Part shown: positions 26,171-32,000 of the stretch, piece by piece
Layout: each line of letters begins with the position of its first letter
Numbering within the stretch: the first letter of the stretch is position 1
NCBI RefSeq assembly: GCF_000195955.2
Contig: NC_000962.3
Location: forward strand, 4,170,001 to 4,202,000
DNA: 32,000 nucleotides
Source: Mycobacterium tuberculosis H37Rv
Lineage (GTDB): Bacteria > Actinomycetota > Actinomycetes > Mycobacteriales > Mycobacteriaceae
Reading direction: 5' to 3'
Translations under genes and position numbers: made by a program
The notes under the pieces: generated by a model
What the model saw: the letters and a program-made list of their open reading frames with translations, nothing else
Databases searched by the model: none
What the model was told of the DNA's origin: nothing

Positions 26171-26506
26171 CTATTCCCGCGCGAGGGTCTGGCCGGGTCG
26201 CGGAATTGCTTCGAGCAAGCAGGCGGCCGCCCTGACGTCGGCGTCCGAATACATCCGGGCGATCGCGGTAAACACCTCGCCCGCCTTTCTCAGCTCTTCC
26301 TGCGCCGCTTGATTCAGCGCCAGCAGCCCGGTGGCCGCCGTCGTGAACGCCGTTACCGCCCACGCCGACACCTCCTCGGCCCCGGCGGGCAATAGCGAGC
26401 TCAGCGAGACCCACGCCACCGCACCGGCCTGTAGCCCTTGGAATGCGTTGTTGACGACCTGCGATCCGATGTCGGCAACGGCCGGATCGAATGACATGGA
26501 CTGCAT
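26171..26506 (-). CDS. PE34: PE-family protein (atypical PE domain), 111 aa
   Basis: MQSMSFDPAVADIGSQVVNNAFQGLQAGAVAWVSLSSLLPAGAEEVSAWAVTAFTTAATGLLALNQAAQEELRKAGEVFTAIARMYSDAD; PE-like helical hairpin, position matches PE34. Confidence 0.8.
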   Translation of the reverse strand: MQSMSFDPAVADIGSQVVNNAFQGLQAGAVAWVSLSSLLPAGAEEVSAWAVTAFTTAATGLLALNQAAQEELRKAGEVFTAIARMYSDADVRAAACLLEAIPRPGQTLARE

Positions 26507-26723
26507 GTGTCTCTCCCTAGATTGCGCGGGCTCGGGCCCCAACGACGAGATCTAAGCGAGGAATTCAGTTGTCGGTAGCGATAGTAGTAATAGGATATAG
26601 TCCGCGCTGACGAAATAGAAGACGAGATATGCCGTCGCACTGAATAATTTGTCACCAAGGGCGCTGCCGCCCCGTGCTACCCCTGGGCATGTTGTCCACC
26701 TGCGGCGCGGTAGGTTCAGCGGC

Positions 26724-27107
26724 GTGATACTTACGGGTGCGTTCTTGGCCGATGCCGCCGCAGCGGTGGACAACAAACTCAATGTGCAAGGCGGCGTGCT
26801 GTCCAGATTTGCGGTCGGTCCTGACCGGCTGGCCCGATTTGTGTTGGTGGTGTTGACGCAGGCGGAGCCTGACAGTTCGGACCGCGACATTACGGTCGAG
26901 ATGAGGCCGCCGACCGATGACGAACCGATACGCCTGAATTTCGAGGCGCCCGAAGCGGCCGTTGCCGAGTTCCCCGGATTCGCATTCTTCGAAATCCAAC
27001 TGCGCCTGCCGGTTAACGGCCGTTGGGTGCTGGTGGTGACTGGCGGCACCGGAGCGATATCGCTTCCGGTGCTGGTGAGCGACATGCCTGCGACGATAGG
27101 TTTTTGA
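26724..27107 (+). CDS. Conserved hypothetical protein, tandem paralogue 1 (Rv3747-like, 127 aa)
   Basis: GTG start; VILTGAFLADAAAAVDNKLNVQGGVLSRFAVGPDRLARFVLVVLTQAEPDSSDRDITVEM. Confidence 0.85.
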   Translation: MILTGAFLADAAAAVDNKLNVQGGVLSRFAVGPDRLARFVLVVLTQAEPDSSDRDITVEMRPPTDDEPIRLNFEAPEAAVAEFPGFAFFEIQLRLPVNGRWVLVVTGGTGAISLPVLVSDMPATIGF

Positions 27108-27235
27108 CGCGCCGGTCTTGAGCGACGACCCCCGGGGCTTGCAGAAAGGTTGTCCCGTGCACCAGCAGCATCCCTACAACGCAGCTGGATTCGGCTGACC
27201 GTGCTGACACCCAACCCAGCGGTAGGTTCGGCAGC

Positions 27236-27595
27236 GTGATAGTCGGGGCCTTCCTCGCCGAAGCGGCCTCGGTGGTGGACAACAAGCTCAATGTCTCCGG
27301 CGGCGTGCTGTACCGATTTGCGGTGGATCCGGACCGGTCGGCCCAGTTTCTGCTGGTGGTGTTGACCCAGGCCGAGACCGATGATCCGGATCGGCGGGTC
27401 GACGTAGAGGTTTGGCCTCCGACGGGCGACGACGCGCACCACATCGAGTTCGAGCTACCCGAGGCCGCCGTCGCCGCCGAGGTCGGATTCGCCATCTTCC
27501 GGATCGAGGTAAACCTGCCCGTCGACGGCCGTTGGGTGCTGGTGGTAACCGGCGGCGCCGGAACGATCTCGCTGCCGCTGATCGTGACGGGGTGA
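27236..27595 (+). CDS. Conserved hypothetical protein, tandem paralogue 2 (Rv3748-like, 119 aa)
   Basis: GTG start; VIVGAFLAEAASVVDNKLNVSGGVLYRFAVDPDRSAQFLLVVLTQAETDDPDRRVDVEVWPP; clear similarity to the preceding gene. Confidence 0.85.
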   Translation: MIVGAFLAEAASVVDNKLNVSGGVLYRFAVDPDRSAQFLLVVLTQAETDDPDRRVDVEVWPPTGDDAHHIEFELPEAAVAAEVGFAIFRIEVNLPVDGRWVLVVTGGAGTISLPLIVTG

Positions 27596-27627
27596 GGCGT
27601 AGGCCCCTGCCGACGGAGCTGCCAGCC

Positions 27628-28192
27628 CTATTGATCGAATGGGAGCAGGACGCCGAGGCCGAATGGCGATCCGGACGGGAACAGACGCCGTGCCTTAGCG
27701 GCGAACTGTGGGACCTGCTCGCCCAGCGCATCTAGCAGGCTGTGCGGCGTGAACGGCGGGTCGATGTAGGCGTCGACCATCCCGAGGATCACTGCTTTCG
27801 TTGCCTCTTCGTACAAATCCAACTGATCGAGGAGAAAGTCGTCGGGATGCAAAGCTTTGATCTGATAGGGCTTTAGCGCGTCATCAGGGAAGTGCTTGAG
27901 GTTTGTCGTGACTATCACCTCCGCGCGCTCTCGGACCGCTGCAGCTAGCACATGTCGATCTTTGTAATGGTTGTTCATGGCGGCGATGAGGTCGTTGTAC
28001 CCGAAAGCGAATGCGGTAGTCAGCCCGTTCGGTGCTGATGTTGAGGCGGTCGACCATGGTTCGCCGAGTCTCGGCCAGGATGTCCTCCGACCACAGAGGC
28101 CGATAGGTGCCCTCGTCAGCGAACCGCAACAGGGCATCAACCAGCGGGTGTGGCACGAGCACGCACGCGTCCAGTACTACGGGGAACGGCAT
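27628..28192 (-). pseudogene. PIN-domain protein (toxin-like) in two overlapping frames: N-terminus in the 27884-28192 ORF, C-terminus in the 27628-28140 ORF (Rv3749c-like)
   Basis: N-terminal frame: [51 protein letters not shown]-terminal frame: [44 protein letters not shown]. Together they give the PIN acidic/N/T pattern. Confidence 0.8.
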
Positions 28193-28204
28193 GCTCGGCC
28201 TCCT

Positions 28205-28597
28205 CTACTTCTTTTCTGCAAGCGCCGCCTGGAGCTCACCAAGGGCGTCGCGGCTCAACTCGCCTAGTGCTGCACGGCGATTCGACCGGGTTTCTTGCTG
28301 ATATTCGAGCAGCGCGTCAAGGCTCACTCGGCGGTGGCGGCCCGGCTTCTCAAATGGGATTCGACCATCCTCCAAGAGCCGAACGAGGGTCGGGCGTGAG
28401 ATGTTCAATAGGTCGGCGGCTTCTTGGGTGGTTAGTTTGAGGTGGCGTGGCACCAATGAAATGCCTTTGCCTTGCGACAAGGCCAGCACGACGTTGTACA
28501 GCGCATCTCTGACTGGTTCAGGAAGCGTCATCGGTTGTCCGGCGTTGCCACACACGGAAACTTCAGGCGCGCCAAGCACCTCCAGCAAGGAGGTCAT
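28205..28597 (-). CDS. HTH (excisionase/MerR-like) DNA-binding protein, 130 aa, likely antitoxin-type partner of the PIN gene (Rv3750c-like)
   Basis: KLTTQEAADLLNISRPTLVRLLEDGRIPFEKPGRHRRVSLDALLEYQQ; located 12 bp upstream of the PIN start. Confidence 0.85.
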   Translation of the reverse strand: MTSLLEVLGAPEVSVCGNAGQPMTLPEPVRDALYNVVLALSQGKGISLVPRHLKLTTQEAADLLNISRPTLVRLLEDGRIPFEKPGRHRRVSLDALLEYQQETRSNRRAALGELSRDALGELQAALAEKK

Positions 28598-28873
28598 GTC
28601 CTGCGGGTCGCGGGGGTGGAAGTACTGTCCGTTCCTGGACTGCGGCTGTCATGCAGCTTAGCGTAATTCGAACAAAACGAAACGTCGAGTCTCTGACCAG
28701 GCATTTACGCAAGCTACTGCGCCGCTAACCGCGCCGGGTCGCGCACTTGGCCGCCTCAAACGCCGCCTAGCACGGTGACGTCGAGCCCGGCGGAGCGCAC
28801 CAGCTGATCAGAGCTGGAAACCGGCGCGCGTCTGCCGCGGCCGAAGCCTACACGCGGGCGGATCTGCGGCGCG

Positions 28874-29089
28874 GTGAAGCGCGCAAAGGTCCAGCAGATC
28901 ACTCCGCACGATTTGCGGCACACCGCGGCCAGCTTGGCGGTGTCGGCCGGCGTCAACGTTTTGGCGCTGCAACGGATTCTCGGGCACAAGTCCGCGAAGG
29001 TCACCCTGGACACGTATGCGGATCTCTTCGATGCCGATCTTGATGCAGTCGCCGTCACTCTCGGGAAAGATGCCGACCAGCAAACCTGA
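28874..29089 (+). pseudogene. Tyrosine recombinase/phage integrase C-terminal remnant, 71 aa (Rv3751-like)
   Basis: ITPHDLRHTAASLAVSAGVNVLALQRILGHKSAKVTLDTYADLFDADLDAV: HxLRHT, LGH and Tyr catalytic motifs, no N-terminal or first catalytic Arg segment. Confidence 0.88.
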
Positions 29090-29127
29090 AAATACCCTGC
29101 TGAACTGCACTAACAGTCAAAGGGATT

Positions 29128-29217
29128 TGGCGGTGGCGGAGGGATTTGAACCCTCGGACGGTGTTAGCCGTCACACGCTTTCGAGGCGTGCTCCTTAGGC
29201 CGCTCGGACACGCCACC
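29128..29217 (-). tRNA. tRNA-Ser (anticodon CGA), genomically encoded CCA
   Basis: Minus strand: GGTGGCGTGTCCGAGCGGCCTAAGGAGCACGCCTCGAAAGCGTGTGACGGCTAACACCGTCCGAGGGTTCAAATCCCTCCGCCACCGCCA; acceptor GGTGGCG/CGCCACC, anticodon loop CTCGAAA, TTCAAAT T-loop, long variable arm typical of Ser. Confidence 0.95.
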
Positions 29218-29246
29218 GCGGTGAAGCTTACCGAATCGGCGCACCC

Positions 29247-29705
29247 TCACCCCAATCGCTGGCGGGCGAAGAAGGCCTCCAGCGGCGCGGCGCACTCCCG
29301 CGCGAGCACACCGCCGCGTACCTCCGGGCGGTGATTGAGCCGACGATCACGGACCACGTCCCACAACGAGCCGACCGCCCCGGTCTTGGGCTCCCAGGCA
29401 CCGAAGACCAGCCGCGCGACGCGGGCCAGCACCAGGGCACCGGCACACATAGTGCACGGTTCGACGGTGACCGCCAAGGTGGTCCCCTCCAGCCGCCACC
29501 CGTCGCCGAGCACACCGGCCGCCAACCGCATCGCCAGGATTTCCGCGTGCGCGGTGGGATCGCCGAGCGCCTCGCGGGCATTCACCGCCCGGGCGAGTTC
29601 GGTTCCGTCGGCGCCGACGACCACCGCGCCCACCGGCACGTCGCGCGGACCCGCCGTCGCCGCGACCGCCAACGCCGCACGGATCAGATCTTCGTCAGTG
29701 GTCAC
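29247..29705 (-). CDS. tadA: tRNA adenosine(34) deaminase TadA-like, 152 aa
   Basis: HAEILAMRLAAGVLGDGWRLEGTTLAVTVEPCTMCAGALVLARVARLVFGAWEPKTGAVGSLWDVVRD: HAE and PCxxC zinc motifs. Confidence 0.93.
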   Translation of the reverse strand: MTTDEDLIRAALAVAATAGPRDVPVGAVVVGADGTELARAVNAREALGDPTAHAEILAMRLAAGVLGDGWRLEGTTLAVTVEPCTMCAGALVLARVARLVFGAWEPKTGAVGSLWDVVRDRRLNHRPEVRGGVLARECAAPLEAFFARQRLG

Positions 29706-29720
29706 CGCCCGCGCTTGCGG

Positions 29721-30221
29721 TCACCGACCTAGGCGGTCGATCACCGCCGACAGCTGGTCAGCGAAGCCCATTTCGCGGGCGATGCGGCCCAGCTGTTCGT
29801 CGGCGTAAAGGTCGGTCTCGTCGAGGATGACTCCCAGAACCGCCTCGGGCAGGCCGATGTCGGACAGCAGGCCCAGGTCGCCTTCCTCGAACGGATCGGC
29901 ATCCTCGAGGTCTTCGGGATCGATCTCGGCGTCCAGATTGTCCAGGACCTCCGCGGCGATGTCGTAGTCCAGCGCGGCGGTGGCGTCGGACAGCAACAGC
30001 CGAGTTCCCGAGGGCGCCGGGCGCACAATGACGAAAAATTCGTCGTCGACGTCGAGTAGCCCGAAGACGGCTCCCGCGCTACGCAGCTCACGCAGTTCCG
30101 TCTCGGCAGCCCGCAGACTGGTCAACGCTTTGGGGCCCATCGGAGAGCAGCGCCAGCGGCCCTCTTCACGCACAACCGCAACACCGAAACCGTCCGGTGT
30201 GTCCGCGGCCGGTCTTTGCAT
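29721..30221 (-). CDS. Conserved tRNA-adenosine-deaminase-associated protein, 166 aa (Rv3753c-like)
   Basis: Acidic protein MQRPAADTPDGFGVAVVREEGRWRCSPM...DLDAEIDPEDLEDADPFEEGDLGLLSDIGLPEAVLGVILDETDLYADEQLGRIAREMGF; directly upstream of tadA, same strand. Confidence 0.85.
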   Translation of the reverse strand: MQRPAADTPDGFGVAVVREEGRWRCSPMGPKALTSLRAAETELRELRSAGAVFGLLDVDDEFFVIVRPAPSGTRLLLSDATAALDYDIAAEVLDNLDAEIDPEDLEDADPFEEGDLGLLSDIGLPEAVLGVILDETDLYADEQLGRIAREMGFADQLSAVIDRLGR

Positions 30222-30354
30222 GGAGGCCCGTTGTGCTCCCATGGGCGCCTACGGTAGTCGCTGACCAGGCCTCCTGACCAGATGGTGCTCAGACAGCGGA
30301 GATCTGGTCGCCCCTCAGGGCGCCGCCACGGGCTACCTATGCCAACCTTGGACT

Positions 30355-31326
30355 GTGACTCGGACTGTCGCGGCGCCACCGGTGTGCGTGCTTGGGCTGG
30401 GACTCATCGGCGGTTCCATCATGCGGGCCGCCGCAGCGGCGGGCCGTGAAGTCTTTGGCTACAACCGGTCGGTGGAGGGTGCCCACGGCGCCCGCTCCGA
30501 CGGGTTTGATGCCATAACCGATCTCAACCAAACGCTAACCCGGGCCGCCGCTACCGAGGCGTTGATCGTGCTGGCCGTTCCGATGCCGGCCTTGCCAGGC
30601 ATGCTCGCCCATATTCGCAAATCGGCACCTGGCTGTCCGTTGACCGACGTCACCAGCGTCAAATGCGCGGTTCTCGACGAGGTCACGGCGGCTGGTCTGC
30701 AGGCGCGCTACGTCGGCGGTCACCCGATGACGGGCACCGCGCACTCGGGTTGGACCGCCGGTCACGGCGGCTTGTTCAACAGAGCCCCCTGGGTGGTCAG
30801 CGTCGATGACCATGTCGACCCCACGGTGTGGTCGATGGTGATGACGCTGGCGCTGGACTGCGGGGCGATGGTGGTGCCCGCCAAATCCGACGAGCACGAC
30901 GCCGCCGCTGCTGCCGTCTCGCACCTGCCACACCTGCTCGCTGAGGCGCTCGCCGTCACTGCGGCCGAGGTACCACTTGCCTTCGCGTTGGCTGCAGGGT
31001 CTTTCCGCGATGCCACCCGGGTGGCAGCCACCGCTCCTGACCTAGTGCGGGCAATGTGTGAAGCTAACACCGGCCAACTGGCGCCGGCCGCGGACCGGAT
31101 CATCGACCTGCTGAGCCGTGCGCGTGATTCGCTGCAATCCCACGGTTCGATAGCCGACCTCGCCGACGCGGGCCACGCCGCACGCACACGCTATGACAGC
31201 TTCCCGCGCTCCGACATCGTCACCGTCGTTATTGGCGCGGACAAATGGCGCGAGCAACTGGCCGCCGCGGGGCGGGCGGGCGGGGTGATTACATCCGCTC
31301 TGCCAAGCCTGGATAGTCCACAATGA
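30355..31326 (+). CDS. tyrA: Prephenate dehydrogenase; GTG start at 30355 preserves the NAD-binding motif
   Basis: [39 protein letters not shown] (GxGxxG), [28 protein letters not shown]. Confidence 0.93.
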
Positions 31327-31888
31327 ACCCGTCGGAGTCGACGGTCACGGTGGTGTCAGCCACCGGTGAGCGCAGCTTGATCCCATCCAGACGTCCTTCG
31401 CTGGTATAGCTCACGGTGGCCGCATCGACGCTCATCTCGGGCACGTTTACATAGACCACCGGCAGCGCGATCGATTCCGCTCGTTCGTGCAGCCCAAGGC
31501 GACGAATCGGCAACGCATTGAAGAATGGACTGAACACCAAATCGATGTCCAATGCACCGTTGTATGCTGCGCGCCGTTCACCCTGGTGGTCAGTCACCAA
31601 CCACATGTTCTCCTCGTCGCGGGCGATGGCGAGCTGGCGTTCCCGCTCGGCTAGTGTGACCGTCAGCCCGAACCGTTTGGTGGCACCGGTTTCGTCGGTC
31701 TGCAGATCGTAGTGCGCGCCAAACGCCGGATTATTCGCGGTAGCCGCGGCCACAATGCGGCCGTTCGCCCTAATCCGCTTGCCGGACAACTGGACTCGTA
31801 CCGATTCCATGCGCGAGATGTCCTGCGCACGCCAGGTCAACATGGCCGGCCAGACGCGCGGAGTCAGATCAGAGGGGACTGCGTTCAC
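31289..31888 (-). CDS. Putative glycolipid-binding-like protein, 199 aa (Rv3755c-like)
   Basis: [49 protein letters not shown]...[28 protein letters not shown]; 3' end overlaps tyrA convergently. Confidence 0.75.
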
Positions 31889-31893
31889 ACTGT

Positions 31894-32000
31894 CTACCGT
31901 AGGGCGTGTCCACCGCCTGCGGCAGGTTTGTCGACAACCGCGGCGAGCTTGCGCATCCTCCCGGTGCCCGGCACCGATACCCACCCCGCCAACGCCAGCA
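31894..32000 (-). CDS. proZ: C-terminal end of a membrane permease (partial), probably the osmoprotectant ABC permease ProZ
   Basis: Minus frame reads LALAGWVSVPGTGRMRKLAAVVDKPAAGGGHALR then TAG. Assignment rests mainly on H37Rv gene order. Confidence 0.55.
   Translation of the reverse strand, partial: LALAGWVSVPGTGRMRKLAAVVDKPAAGGGHALR

Noticed and set aside
26552-27442. 296-aa minus-strand ORF over the tandem hypothetical genes
   Set aside because: Its internal self-similarity mirrors the duplicated plus-strand genes; Ser/Arg/Pro-rich shadow sequence.
28316-28328. GGCGGTGGCGG match to the tRNA-Ser 3' end, considered as a second att site
   Set aside because: Only 11 bp of GC-rich identity inside the HTH gene, and the following bases do not match; readily explained by chance.
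1-32000. CRISPR arrays or complete IS elements
   Set aside because: No regularly spaced direct repeats, no transposase ORF and no terminal inverted repeats recognised by reading; only an integrase remnant was found.

Overview
The window is high-GC actinobacterial chromosome. From gene order and protein sequences I recognise it as Mycobacterium tuberculosis complex, corresponding to the Rv3724B (cut5b) to Rv3756c (proZ) interval of H37Rv. This is recalled knowledge, not a search. It encodes a cutinase 3' end, an NAD-epimerase-like protein with an apparent frameshift, Zn-alcohol dehydrogenase-like and FAD-oxidoreductase proteins, an MFS/cNMP-binding/patatin fusion, and a multi-cysteine radical-SAM/methyltransferase fusion. 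These are followed by the divergent AEP primase (Prim-PolC type)/LigC pair, a DUF2330-like protein, a Nudix hydrolase, two WS/DGAT acyltransferases, an adenosine-specific-kinase-like protein, an AraC regulator, a ThrE-like exporter, and a PPE gene cut by an in-frame amber codon. Next come decayed flavin monooxygenase fragments, the CtpJ/NmtR metal module, a truncated DUF2237 gene, and PE34. The last part is a small island beside tRNA-Ser(CGA): tandem paralogues, a PIN gene with an HTH partner, and an integrase remnant. It is followed by tadA, its associated gene, tyrA, a glycolipid-binding-like protein and the proZ end. The strongest items for follow-up are: (1) Rv3729, whose cysteine layout resembles the archaeal tetraether lipid synthase (Tes/MJ0619) family, fused to a methyltransferase and next to a tripartite transporter/patatin protein; (2) a frameshifted PIN gene with an HTH partner that looks like a decayed toxin-antitoxin module rather than an excisionase; (3) a flavin monooxygenase with many separate internal deletions; (4) one-step lesions in Rv3725 and PPE66/67. 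No CRISPR array or complete IS element was seen.
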